Assembly: GCA_964247055.1 (NCBI GenBank)
Contig: OZ176052.1
Location: 11,036,001 to 11,100,000, forward strand
Direction: 5' to 3'
Source: Paragordius varius
Taxonomy: Eukaryota > Animalia > Nematomorpha
Length of the DNA: 64,000 nt
Shown piece by piece: positions 1 through 12,921 of this stretch; position 1 is the first letter of the stretch, and every line of letters begins with the position of its first letter. The translations under genes and the position numbers were made by a program. The notes under the pieces are model-generated. The model was given only the letters and a program-made list of their open reading frames with translations. It had not been told where the DNA came from and searched no databases.

Positions 1-59
1 CAGAATGTAATAGATTGTTATGCATTTAGAATAGTATGAATTTAATATCATATATCATA

Positions 60-450
60 AAATTTTGTTTAGGAGAAGCCATTTTTATTTCATCATTTTT
101 CAAAATATAATATTTATTTGATTCTAAATAATTAAGTTTAGTTTTTTTAATAAATCACATTTAACATTGATATAAACAAAATTTGCATGATTTTTACATT
201 TAGTTATGCACACGTATCATGTTGGCTAATTACCTTTGGGTTTTGCCTCTGAATAAGTAAGATGATGTATTTTTAAACAAATTTTATTATTATATTCCGG
301 TTCACTTATGTTATTTAAGTGCAAACTTTTTCCATGGTTTCAATTTATTATATATTATATCTGATATAAAACACGCCTGGGGTATTAGCTACCCCAATTT
401 GAATTGAAGGATTAAAATGAATGCGTTGTATTCAAGTGTTAAATACTAAC
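60..450 (+). repeat. Dispersed repeat (about 400 bp), copy 1; inverted relative to copy 2 at about 6875-7280
   Basis: 362-445 (tgatataaaacacgcctggggtattagctaccccaatttgaattgaaggattaaaatg...) aligns with the reverse complement of 6880-6962; similarity continues outward through ccatggtttc, ttatttaagtgcaa, ttacctttgggtttt and gccatttttattt. Boundaries are approximate. Confidence 0.75.
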
Positions 451-503
451 TTCTGTGCACTTGTCAAATGTGCATATTATCGCCATAACATGTCCTAACA
501 GGC

Positions 504-1094
504 ATGTTTTCTGGGCCTTTGATAATTATTATAATTTCTTCTTCATTGGGAGTTTATTGATTAAATATATTTAGATATTTCTCATATTTCTACTATTCGC
601 TAAACGACAATTCGAAAGAGCAGTTTTTCATGAACCGTTTAATTCTATATCTGGATTTTATGCTTCCAAAGTATATTATAATCCTTTTTTAAAGACCCTT
701 AAAAACCAAATAGATGACCTTATAAACTTTTCCGCAAATTATAAACCACAGCATAACTTAATGATTTCTCAAAATTTATATCTTCAATATCGCTATGAAT
801 CAATCGAATATTTAAAAAACATACGTAATTTAAAATATATAACATATAGTTAAAAAAGCTAAATTAAAAGATTACGGTAATACCCATTTATTTGACTTGA
901 ATTTGCAGGAAACTTTGATGAAAATGCGCATGGAACATTTTCCCAAAATAAAAATCACTACAATTAAAGAATTATGCGGATTATATGAAAAGGCTCGATA
1001 CTCCCATGAAGTTGAGTTAATATATAATTAGTAGAATTTTACAATGGAAGAATGCAAAAGAATGAAAAAATTAATTGATGATGTATGTAAGTAA
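504..1094 (+). CDS. C1orf43: NICE-3 family protein (C1orf43 homolog), 164 aa; join(504..551,575..670,695..824,850..1010,1035..1094)
   Basis: Removing four GT-AG introns of 23, 24, 25 and 24 nt gives one frame: MFSGPLIIIIISSSLGIFLIFLLFAKRQFER...GFYASKTLKNQID...LQYRYESI...LCGLYEKARYSHENFTMEECKRMKKLIDDVCK*. This matches recalled NICE-3 motifs (N-terminal TM followed by FxKRQ, YR, YExARY). Exon lengths sum to 495 nt. A further 3' exon cannot be excluded. Confidence 0.85.
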
Positions 1095-2528
1095 TTAAAA
1101 TTTATTCAATGGATAACGCCTTAATTATCTATGTTTAAACTGCACCTCCGCAACTTCATTTTTTTTAATGAAAATTAACGTATTTTTAACTTTCTCATAA
1201 TATATATTGAAAAGGTATTTTTACATATTTTTTTGATAATTTTAAAAGCATATTATATTATAAAAAAATATTTACAGCGGAAAGTAATAGATAAAAATTG
1301 TTGTTCTTACTTTAAATTTTTTTTAATACCAATAAAAGTTTTGGCTTATATTTTTGGGTCCTTGAAAACTTATAACCATAGTATATAAGGCCAGGAAATG
1401 TTCATATTTAAAACTTATATTTAGCAAAATAATTTACAAACGTTTCCAATAAGAAAGCGCTTTATGCATAAATTTCATATCATTAGAGATATTCATCTGG
1501 CATCAAATACTTTCAGTTTATATATTAAAACCGAGCGGCATGAGATATTCGGACCATGCCTAAAATAGTTATAAAAAAATTTAAATGAACAATATTGTCT
1601 TGATGATTTAGAAATCTTTGTTTAATTAAAAAGGAATTAATATAAAATATTTTATAACTAGCAACTTATAGATTTTTCAGTCTTTAGATTACCGACCATT
1701 TTATTTTCCTATTTTGGTTCTACAAATATTTAGTCAAGGACTAGTATTAAGAATGTTTAATTGCGTTGATGGCACCATGGGGTTCGGTGCTGTTTTAGAA
1801 TATGAAACCCAGGCGGTGAATATCCACATAAATATATTTCAAAAATAACCCGACATTTTTGTATTGGGACCTCACAATCATAATATTTAAACTTTTGATT
1901 TTTAATTACATTTTATAATAATATATTATTTTTGCGAATACTTAATGCTGATTAATTATATACTTTATAAAATTGCAATAAAACATGTAAATGTGTTTGC
2001 AACTGCTTTTCATAACCAGTAATAATTTAATTCTTTCCTGTCAAAATTTTTTCCTGAAAAGTTGGAAATTCTATAATTTAATATACGGAAACAGAAGAAA
2101 AATACCCTATTATAAAATCTCATGTATAAACATATCTTTTGCCAATTTTGCAATCAAAGTTGTCGAAAATCACTAGTGTTTTAATATATCATAGACTTTA
2201 TCATAATGAAAATTAGAGGTAGCCTTCTTAATTGATATAATATTAGGTTACAATGCTCTATTTTGTTAATCTATGCGTTAATATTTCCATTTGAAAACTA
2301 TATTTTTGTAATTAATAATTTATTTAATGTAAATAATAATAAATTGATGATACGGAATTGATATAAATTAATTTATTTGAAGTTGATTTTTTTTACTTTT
2401 CATTTCTTTGATTATATTATGGAAGTTTTTTTATAAAATATTAGAATGAGAGAATAATATTTTGCTTTATTAGTGACTCACTTTTCTATTTACACGCGCG
2501 AATACCTCAATCTATACAAATATGATAT

Positions 2529-4140
2529 TTATATCCAAAATGCTTCGATGCTTGAAACGCAATACACCTTTTCTAGCGGTATTTGACCTATGCCCCAACG
2601 ATTGATATAAGTCGAGTTTTCAGAATTACTTTCATGCTCAGCACATAACTCTAAATCTTTGTAATTTTCAAAATTGTCTGGCAAAGCTGATAACTTTTTA
2701 TCTGAGTAGTTATTGATATAATTGATAGATGAGTCTTTATTTAATGAGCCTGTTTTATACATTCGGTAAAGAGTTGCCAAATTTTTAGGGTCTTTTAATC
2801 GTGGATTATTCCAAACATTTCGTTCCGCCCATTTTTGGTATCGCGTATTATAAGATTTCATTATTTTTTGTACCTTGACTTCATTGACTAGATTATCACT
2901 CTGATTCATATCAATTTTTGTGATTTCAAACGGGCAAATCATATCTAATCGTGTTGTTTCAGCAATAAATGTTAACAACTCATCGAAAATTGTATTAGCT
3001 ATTTCCGGGTTATCAGCATAGAGTGGACCGATGCTATATCCCTGATATCTTTTAAGCAAACAACCATACCCTCTGATAGGAAAACATTTATTACCCACTT
3101 CATTTCCACCATTTACCATGTTTTCATGATTATTATCTGAATTGTAGCCATTATGAAGGTTTGTTTGGTCATTATTACACAAATTGGAAAACCAAGTCTT
3201 ATCGATTGCGGCTAAAAAAGCGAGATTTTTTGTGTCGTTTATGACTTCTTCTAGAAAATCTTTACGTGGTCCGGTATGCACCACACAATCATACTCAATT
3301 ATATATGGTAGTAAATGAAAATTGTTTCGGATATTAACAATTATATTATCCTTGTTTCTATTTGCGAATATGTTTTCCGAATCTGCTATGGAGTGTTGTT
3401 TATCCGCTTTTTTAACTTGACCGGAATATACATTAACTAGAAAAGAAAAGGATATGATAAATTATAATACATATTAAAATTGAAAGAAAAAAATGGTATA
3501 TATTTGCCAAAAGAATCAAAATACCCGTAAAGGTTGGATCAGTGAAACCCAATTTTTTATACATGGCTACTGCAGTTTCTACGGAATATAGAGATAACAC
3601 GCGGCTTTGTGTATGTCTTAACATTGCATCCCATAGTTTGGAACCGTATCCAAGTCTTCGAAAGTTTTTACTGACAAGATAAACTCCTATCATGGTTTGT
3701 TGCTCGTTAATATTTATGCATATGATATTGCCTAAAACAAAATATGCAGTTATATTAAAAATGTGAAAGTTTTTTATATATGTCCTCTATCACATTTGAA
3801 ATATTTACCACAACCACATATCTTTCATTAGAATTTATGTGAAATTCGGATATCGCTTTAAAATAAATATAATGTATTATTCTTGGTTAATATATTAGAA
3901 TGCAAATTATACGGATAATAATATAAATGATTTAACACATAAAAAATGGTCTTTTGATTATATACCAATAATGCCTTTTGTCTCAATTTCTCCAATCAAC
4001 CAACCTTGTGGATCCATATTCAAATAAAATATCCAAATCTGAGTTGATCCAAGGTTCCAACCTTCCTCCTTTGTAACAAAATTCTGTATGATTGGAAAAT
4101 CAGTTTCCTTCGCATTCCTTATTTTAATTTCAGAATTCAT
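2529..4140 (-). CDS. Two-domain GNAT acetyltransferase (YitH-like family), paralog 1, 429 aa; exons 3966..4140, 3525..3731, 2529..3436
   Basis: N-terminal GNAT (EGWNLG...DPQGWLIGE; IGVYLVSKNFRRLGYGSKLW; AVAMYKKLGF) and a C-terminal domain with GYGCLLKRYQGYSIGPLYADNPEIA. GT-AG introns of 234 and 88 nt keep the frame (1290 nt total). Confidence 0.85.
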
Positions 4141-5751
4141 AATATAAATTTATTCTTAATATCTCAAATGTGGAATAAAAAAACACATGTGTGCAAAAAT
4201 AATGAAAATACGTAGACAACAAAGAAAATTACATACAGTTATAACTGTTATATTATATAGACTACATACCACAAAATATCTCGAAGGCAACCTGTTTTGA
4301 TTCAAATATAAAAGCGTTATTTTGAAATAACACAATAAAATTTGGCCTTAAATAAATGTTTATGAAACAATTCATTTTTCTCGTATTTAATATTAAAAAA
4401 CAACTAAGCATTGAACACAATGTTGGCTTATATCTAAAACCGCTCATGAACTTTTTCGCTATAACTATCGATTTTTATGTTAAAAATACATTTTTTAATA
4501 ACGTGTATATATATATATATAATGTTCTAAAAAAATTTAGCACAGAGATACAAAAAATTTAAATATATACCTTTCAAAACAATTTCCAATCAAAGGGTCG
4601 AATCGGCTAATTTATTACAATGAATAGGATACACCGGTTTTGAATGCTTTGTCATATGTTTTTAGAATTAATACTTGTTATAGGGAATTGTTTTTAATTT
4701 AATTATATTAGAATTACATAACTAAAACTAATTGGACGAAAAATTGCTCTTATTTTTAATTATATAATAAAATCATAGCTAGAGTGACAATTTGTTTATA
4801 TGATAGCATGAACACGACGCATACAAATAAATGTTTATGAATTATAATCTATAATGGTAGCCTAATCGAAAGGTAAAATTGGGTAAATGATAAAAAATGA
4901 TTTCAATTTTTCAGCTATAACTTAAATTGAAAATATCCATTTTACTGCACATTAGGTCGATAAAATGAAACTAAGCTACTAATTTTTATAATAGGTATCA
5001 TAAAGAATATCTTGTACACACAACTTATTATTAATAAAACATTTAATTCCAAACGTTGAAAGGCTTGAATAATACGTATACAATTTGGAGGTTTTCAACA
5101 AAAATTGTGCGATGTGCCGTAAAAGATATTTATATCTAAACTAATACATATTTTCCACTCCTTAACATCGAATATTTTATGTCCAAAAATTAAAAACCAA
5201 GGCCCGAAAATAGGATTACACCCGGAAAAATTAAATATTTTAATAATAAACATATCCTCTTACATGATATTTGGTTAACTTTAATCAAAAATTTTTTATC
5301 AAGTGCAAGTTAAATATCTTATTTAAACATTGATAGGCATTTCCTAGTATATAATGGGCGGGGTTTTTTATTCTAAAATCTGATCAAATTGTATTTTAAA
5401 AAACTATACCTTTAAATAACATATTTTAAATAATTAGAAGATATTATTAGTTAGTCAAAAAATGATATACCATTAAGTGTGATTACACATTTAATCTTTT
5501 GCTAAAACTTAGTTTTACAAAAGTGGATAACGAATTTGGATTTATAGATTTATTTGAAAAAATATGATTTTTTTTGTCAAACATAGTGTAAAAATTCTTT
5601 GTGCCTCGTAAATCTCGTACGTTAATCACCACCCATGTACGCGTTTATAAAATTATTAAATTCGTTATAACAGGTATAAATAAATTTAATATAAATTTAT
5701 TAAAGGTATTAAAAAACATGGTATATTTATATTTTATCAATATATGAAATG

Positions 5752-6490
5752 TTATATTGATTCAATAATAAATGCCATGTTAGTGGTAATATCTAATGTT
5801 GCCAATGTTTTTGTTTTATCGTTTGGAATCAAAGTTTTGATAGCTCCATCATCAAGTTTGAATAATTTAAATTTCTTTGATGAATACCCATTCTTTTTCA
5901 TAATATAGTATAGCACCTAAAATAGATAAAATGATCTCACATGCAAATTCTGGTGAATATGAAAGGAATGTAAAAATGTTGTACGACCAGACTTAAATTT
6001 TAATTTTATTGTGGGAGCTTTGGAAAATGTTGCTTCATCAATTTCTTCATCATCATCTGTGTCTGAATCATGTGCGTCAAGCTTTTCAATTAAATTAGAA
6101 CCTTTCGTCTTTAAAATATAAATTTAATTTACTACAAATTTATAAAAAGCGTCGCGTTGTTTTTCAAACTTCTCTTTTTGTTTTGGTAATAAAACTTCTT
6201 CTTTATAGTTTCGTGTAACTTTATCATATTTATCTTGAAGTGATTGAGAGTCAACCGGACTATCCTAGTATTATTCATATTCATACTTTTATCACATATC
6301 CATTCCCTGCAAAATTGGATTCGAAATCTTTGCCTATAATGTTTTGATAATCTTTATTAACTTTTTCTTTTATTTTAGGTAAAATAATATTATCATAATG
6401 TTCTTTATTCTAAATATTATTTTTTTATACTTTTTTATCGAATTCTTTTTGTTTTTCGGACCAAAATGCTTTGGTATCAGATATTGACAT
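5752..6490 (-). CDS. UBX domain protein, UBXN8-like, 214 aa; exons 6431..6490, 6287..6409, 6136..6264, 5941..6108, 5752..5916
   Basis: Not in the ORF track. Removing introns of 21, 22, 27 (or 24) and 24 nt gives MSISDTKAFW...LQDKYDKVTRNYKEEVLLPKQKEKFEKQRDAFYKF...DSDTDDDEE...IKLKFKSGRTTFLHSF...VLYYIMKKNGYSSKKFKLF...KTLATLDITTNMAFIIESI*. The C-terminus fits a UBX fold; the UBXN8 assignment is from memory. Confidence 0.7.
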
Positions 6491-6874
6491 TTATGGGCCA
6501 AGGCTGCGCTGGAAAGGGGGTGTGCGCTTTAACATATGCGGTAAACTATCTCTGGTAAAAATAATGTTATTCCCGTCAATAATTATAAGGTAGTGGACTA
6601 TCATGAGTCGTTTGTAATTTAGAATAGCAAAAATATATTTTGTGCAGATGTTATATATATATATATATATATTATAATTATACACAAAACCCTTATGGAT
6701 CAAAACTAAAATTATGATTAACACTTAGGAAAATTCTTTACCAACAATAGAAAAGAGAAGGATAGCGATATCCCCTCTTGAAGAAATAAATTGAAATTTT
6801 ACATTTTTCTCCAAAATATTTTATAAATACTTTATGTGGAGAAAAATTATAATACGCTTTTTTATAGATACAGC

Positions 6875-7280
6875 ACATTCATTTAACACTTGGATACAAC
6901 ACCATTTTAGTCCTTCGATTCAAATTGGGGTAGTTGGATACCCCAGGCCTGTTTAAAATCAATTACTTTAAAAAGGGAAGGAATCGAAACCATGGCAAAA
7001 TCTTGCACTTATATAACATTAATAAACCGAATTATATCAAAAATTTTATTCAAAAATACTTGATATTTCATATTTTAAACTAAAACCGAAAGGTAAAAAT
7101 TTCGTCACCGTGACATGTGTGAAATGGTAAAATTAAAAAATAAAGCAAAATAAACCGCTTTTTCTAATTCTGTCAATGTTGGAGGTAATTTAAATAAAAT
7201 ATTAGCTTTAATTTTACCCTTAAAATTAATGAAGACGATATTTTGCAAAAATTTTATAAAATAAAAATGGCGTCCGAATA
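6875..7280 (-). repeat. Dispersed repeat (about 400 bp), copy 2, inverted relative to 60-450
   Basis: Reverse complement aligns collinearly with 60-450 (see copy 1). Confidence 0.75.
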
Positions 7281-7973
7281 GTTTGACATGGTTCAAAACA
7301 AAATTTTTAATAGATAATTTGGTTTATTTATAAAATTTTATAAGGATAGAATTTAAATTGGGACCGTTTCCTTCAGTATTTTTTAGAAATACTAAGATTA
7401 ATTACTTCTGAGGTATTTAGATACCCCTTGAATTGAAGTGATAATTCCTTGGATATAAATGGGGATCGTTGGTCACTACAAGCCTATCTTAAATCAAATA
7501 TAAATTATATCAAAAACGAAGCACACAAATATAAAAAGATCTTGAAAAAACTTGATTTAATTTAATTAATGAACAGAACATGTGTATGGCTTAATAAAAA
7601 AATAATGCAAAATACACTTTTTCTGTTCATATTAACACATTATGCATTTTTGGGGAGTTTATATCTAGAGCGATTTATTATCTCAAAATGTATTTGTTAT
7701 TAGGCTGATTTTAAAAGTATGATTTTTTAGATTCTAAGGCTCATAATTTAAAAAATTTAAATGTAAACATCCTCATCTTAAATTTCTTTAAATTTATTTA
7801 AATAGTTAATATAGCATGCAAATAATTTATTTTATGGTTAGAAAATGTAAAATATTACTTTGGTAAGCTCTCAGGGTGCATTTACCAAGAAAACTTGATA
7901 CTTATTGATTTAAAATCAATTCAGTTCAATCGTGTTCTAAATTCTCAACTTTTGACTCTAAAACAGTGGTACT

Positions 7974-9701
7974 CACCAAAAAAATTTGACGGGCCAAATA
8001 AATTATATTTTTTTTTCGAGGGCCATGAACCTAATAATGGCAAATATTCCATAGCTATTTGACACATATGGACATATTTATACTAAATCAGCATAATAAA
8101 TTTTTTGCGGATCGCATGTAAATCTAGCTAAAAACTCGTTTTGAACCATTTAGTTTAAAAAATTAATATATTTTGATAACAACATTTTTTTTGATATAAT
8201 ATGCTTCCGCCTCATGACAGGCCAATCTTAATAGGTCCTCCATATGATCATCGGTTGAGCGATTTCTGTATGTATTCTTGACATGCTTCTATTTTGAATA
8301 TGCCGTCTCACACGTGTAAGTTGAGGGAAAAACAATTAGGATGACTTGAGCACATTTTTTTATATTTTCATATTTATTTGGCACATCTTGCCAAAACTCT
8401 ACATATCTTTCTTCTCTATGATTCTCCTGAATATAGCCTCTAAATTATAATAATTTTTTAAATCTACGAATTCTCTAATGATATGCGTCTGATCAAAACC
8501 GAAATGATCAATTAATATTGGATATCAATATGCCATGGATTTTCAACGAGTTTTAAACAATTTTAATATTTCAATTCTTGAAATCTATATTTAATCCCAT
8601 TAGATAAAAATATTAAATGATTGTCCATTAATAAATTAATCTCCGCGGTAAATTCCATATTTTCATCATGAATCGTTTTGTTGGAAAATAAACGAGGAGT
8701 GTTTTATTTATAAAATCTTGTTTATATATAATTAATTTTTCTTCATAACAAGTAGTTGATTAGCTAATTGGGTTATTTTTTTCTCCCCTGAAGACTTGTA
8801 TTAAAAATAGTAAGTTTTTAAGTAATGTCGCAAAGGTTGGCTAATAAAACCCACTATTTGACACTATTAATATCCCGTCATACTTTTTGTTATCTTTCAT
8901 AAACAATAGAATTTCATGTCTTAAAACAAAAAATCCATTTTTTTTGCTAAGGCTAGCCATCTCTCAACGGTGTACAAAAAAATATCATCAACTGTGGATA
9001 TCTTTGAATTTGAATTTACGGCGGTTGAACTCTGTCACAGACGTGGTTATCTATATCTTTTCGTTTCTTTTATCATGATTTTCTGGTATTTTATGAAAAT
9101 GATATATTGTAAATTGTCTGTTTTTATTTAAAACGACAAAGAGTTTTTCTTCCCATTCTTTTTTAAGGGTGTGATTTTCATCGGATAATTTACGTTTTTA
9201 GCATTAGATGTTACTCTTTAAATTAATGTTTAAATATTATGTTATTTTTTAAAAAAAATAGGAATATAATTTTAATTATGCATTAAAAACAGGTCGAAAT
9301 TTAATGAAGTTGACTTAAAAAATATTTTATGGAATTGAGTTATAAAAAATGATGCAGGATAGCATCGAAAAGAATATGTATATGCAAGTTTGGGTGAAAG
9401 GCTGCTTAAATCCAAAAAAGAAATTCAATAATTCAAAATAGAAAAGAAAATACAGCAGAAACAACGTGTGCCAAAATTTTGAAATCATTTTAATTAATGA
9501 AATTTTTCTCCATTTCAAATTGGGTAAATATACCAAAATAAAATCTAAAGAAAATAAATTAAAATTTAAATAGGCGAAAATTCGTTTATGTCTATTTTAA
9601 AAAATTCATCGATAAAAAACAAAATTAATTTGGTTATAGGGCAATTTTAAAGCACTCTTAGGGCCGCATGCGGCCCGCGGGCCGCGGTTTGAATATCACT
9701 G
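7974..9701 (-). mobile_element. Degenerate hAT DNA transposon (Buster/SPIN/Charlie-like), 1.73 kb
   Basis: Perfect 8-bp TSD CTCTAAAA at 7966-7973 and 9702-9709. TIRs CAGTGGTACTCA / CAGTGATATTCA (10/12). Subterminal gcggcccgcgggccgc. Broken transposase-like peptides on the minus strand (KKEWEEKLFVV near 9150; RLFSNKTIHDENME near 8670). Confidence 0.85.
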
Positions 9702-11329
9702 CTCTAAAAGTTTCAAAATAAATAAATAAGCTTTTTTATATAATACAAGAGGACAATGTTTGATTATTGGATTTTAACTTAGCTACTTTCAAAATGTTTA
9801 TTTACAAGATTGAGCTCTGTTATATAAAATACCCCAATACATCGCAAAATTCATAGCTTTTAACACCATTTATAAAATGTTGAATAATAAAAATGACGTT
9901 GAAGTAGTTTAATATGAAGTAGGGTTTTGAAACTTTATATATCTTGTACACTAGTCAACAAATTTAGACATTTTTAAGCACCACCACTCAATCTTTTTAA
10001 ATTATGACTAATTTCAGTGTTTTAAAACCGAATTTTAAAAAAATTTTGATCCCGCCAATCAGAATTTTGAAATTTTATAGGTTTTTCAATTTTTCAAAAA
10101 CAAGAGAAAATCGAGAGAAAATTAAATATAACTTTAAAATAAAATGTTATTATATTATAAACTTATCATTTAATAAAGCGTTTTAAACTCTATCTTTTGA
10201 ATATAAATATGTCATTTAAATATCAGAGAGAAAAAAATAGTACGGACTTAAACGTCAAAATTTAGTCTTTTTTTTCAAGTGATTTTATAACACATATAAA
10301 ATTTTTTTAAAAAAATACTAAAAAAGGCATTCTATGGTTTAAACCTTCGGCTTTCAGCTATATTTTTTTTGTTAGTTTTCGTTCTTTTGAGTACTTATTA
10401 GACTTTTTCTCTTGAGTTGGTTCTTATAAAAAATCCTTTATTTATACCTAGTGGATATACCTTATTTTTTTTAAAATTATTGGTTGTTTTGTATTTTGAA
10501 TATCAGATGGATGTTGTGTAGTCACTTTTAGTAGAATTTACTGTTATGGGATTGGACCATTTGTATTTACCTAATTTATTTTCAATTTAATTGTAGAATT
10601 TATCTAAATTTATTCTGTTAATTGGTTAATTTGACATGTCAATTTGCCTGGATTTTGCTTGCAAGTCTCTCTTATCGGACTTTACGATTACTTATTGTTA
10701 TCTTTGCCACATCTGGCATAATTATAGGATGGCTTGGGAGATATGAGCTTGTGCAGCCGCCCGGATCTATCACACTATACATAAGCGCCTTTTAGATTTT
10801 TAATACTTTGGCTATTAGCTTGTTTAGTATCTTATTTAATGCCTAGAATTTGTTATCCATGCATGGAATATTACTTGTATCGACTTGCTCGTTTGAATAT
10901 TTAAACATATGTGCACAAGGAATGATTGTTATTTTTGAATTAAATACAAATTTAAAAATTAAATTTTGGAAAAATCCTATTGGTGGCCTCAATTTTCTTT
11001 TTTGTTTTGGCCTTTCCATGCCATTAGGTATTAGATAATGCAAAAATAATGGGGTGGTGCAAAACCTTGTAAATATAAATTTTGATTGAAATCGTCTCAT
11101 TCAGTAGTTTTTTATATTTGGTCTAGGGTCACTAGTCAATTCCAATTTTAAACCAATTGTTAAATTTTCCAGCTGGAATTTTTTCATGAAATGTTAGTAT
11201 CTATAAAAATAATGCGTGAAACTAGACACGGGTACCATAGAATAATTATAAAATTATTTTAAATATGTTATATGTCAAAATTAAACATTTCCCTAAAATT
11301 ATTATCATTTAGTGTCTGCATTTTTTGGA

Positions 11330-11514
11330 AACTAGCCAGGGCGAAAAATGTGGAACTTTCGGAGCCCACTCTTAAATTTATAAAAATATTGTTTTGCTTT
11401 TTAAATGTAGTTTATGATATATTTAAATGATATTTTTTGGAATGCAACATTAACCAAAAAATTTATTTGACAAAATGTGCGTAAATTTTGCATGATAATC
11501 CGATACATTTATCA

Positions 11515-11550
<36 letters not shown>

Positions 11551-11595
11551 TTGATCAGGATAATTTTTATACCATCCGATTTTGGACTCAGTGTA
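11330..11595 (+). repeat. Dispersed about 270-350 bp repeat with internal (AT)n, copy 1 (copy 2 at 20354-20705)
   Basis: Shared collinear blocks aactagccag...ggagcccact...tagtttatgatatatt...aaaatgtg..aaattttg...(AT)n...ttttatac; ends in tttggactcagtgta, resembling a Tc1/mariner-type terminus. Confidence 0.65.
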
Positions 11596-11789
11596 ATAAG
11601 AAACGATATTATACACCTGAGATTAAATGAGAATCACAATGGTCAAAACGAACAATTAATTCTATAAAATTTCAGTAGCGCCAGTTTAAAAAATAAAATT
11701 TCGGTTAGTCAATAAAACTATCTTCCCCACCCTTCTTTTTATCCTTGATGTAATCCACCCTCAACCTAATAGATGGCTGTCACTGAATC

Positions 11790-12130
11790 ACCATTTGGTG
11801 TATGGAAGAACAGCAAGAGACGTCTTTTGTGGACAGTGGCTAGATGAATCTGACACCATTTTCTTGATACAATAAAGTCCTTTGAACTATAAGTCTGGAG
11901 AAAACCTCTTTAGAGAAAATGGTAAAATATTACAAACAATCCGATCCTAAATGAAATCAACTTGAACATGTCCTTGCTAGGCATGTATATTCGCGCTTAA
12001 ACCTTATTTCCGACACTTTTTGACACAGCTTATTGGGGATCTCTGTAATTTGGGAAAGGATATCGGTTAAAAGAGGCCAACAAGATGGATAGACAACATT
12101 CTAAAAGAAGCCAAATTGATCCTGGTAAAA
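11790..12130 (+). mobile_element. Highly degenerate non-LTR (RTE-like) 3' fragment
   Basis: Broken peptide remnants resembling the RTE C-terminus, e.g. LGKDIG*KRPTRWIDNILKE (about 12050-12110); locally higher GC. Confidence 0.45.
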
Positions 12131-12409
12131 CTTATTATTAAAATTGCAATTATAATCTAGTTTTTTTACAATATTGAAAGTTGTGGACTGAGCAATACAT
12201 CCATTTCAAAAACATATCAAACTGCTTCGAGCCAATTTATACAACATTTTTGCAAAATATCGTTTTATTCATTCTAAGTTTTAATTTGGTAAATCACATA
12301 TAAGATTAATATGCAAAAAAAGTGGTTTATGTATTATAGACGTATGTCATGGCTAAATTTTTACCTTCGGATATATTCATAATAATATAAATAATAATAA
12401 TTATATGAT

Positions 12410-12680
12410 ATCACTCTTTCGAGAAGGGTGTCCTCGCGTCTTAGGTTTAGTTTTTCCATTTCGCTCTTAACCGTATCTTGCGTTTTAGAGAGCCCTCTAC
12501 CCCTATTACCTTACACAATATAATCTCAATCTTTTTACTAATGTAGTTATTATCTCTTCTTTCTACGTGTTTAAACCATCTAAGACGATTTAACATCATC
12601 TGTTCTGCTTGATTTCCTCACTTCGTATAATGTACACTTTCCTTACCTTGTTTTTTCTTACACCGCACATCTATCTAAAC
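12410..12680 (-). mobile_element. Degenerate RTE-clade LINE 3' fragment
   Basis: Minus strand encodes ...MLNRLRWFKHVERRDNNYISKKIE... followed by frameshifted RGRG / TVKSEMEKLNLRREDT remnants, typical of the RTE C-terminal domain. Confidence 0.7.
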
Positions 12681-12921
12681 CTAGGCCCTCAGAGATATTA
12701 TGTGCGGCCCGCGGAATTTTTGGAAAATTTCTATAATTTTCAAAATTTATTGATAAAATTTTAATAAATAAACGAATTTCATAGTGAGTCAATGCAAAAA
12801 TTGGTGAAATAAATAAAATTATATTGTTTTCTTCCATTTTTTACAGTTTTATAAATAAAATATTTAGTACTATATATTTTTCATATGCGGCCCGTAAAGC
12901 CATTTATGCTAGACATCCTTG
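12681..12921. mobile_element. hAT-type MITE, 241 bp
   Basis: 8-bp direct repeat ATCTAAAC at 12673-12680 and 12922-12929; gcggcccg subterminal motifs; right terminus gacatccttg. The left TIR is degenerate. Confidence 0.6.

Noticed and set aside
877-908. Apparent 32-nt intron gtaatacc...ttgcag in C1orf43
   Set aside because: Splicing it shifts the frame into a stop, while reading through gives YGNTHLFDLNLQETLMK in frame with the downstream conserved motif.
6491-6724. Hydrophobic ORF in frame just upstream of the UBX gene, as a possible N-terminal membrane segment
   Set aside because: It runs through an (AT)n tract and ends in TAA immediately before the ATG; no splice route joining it was found.
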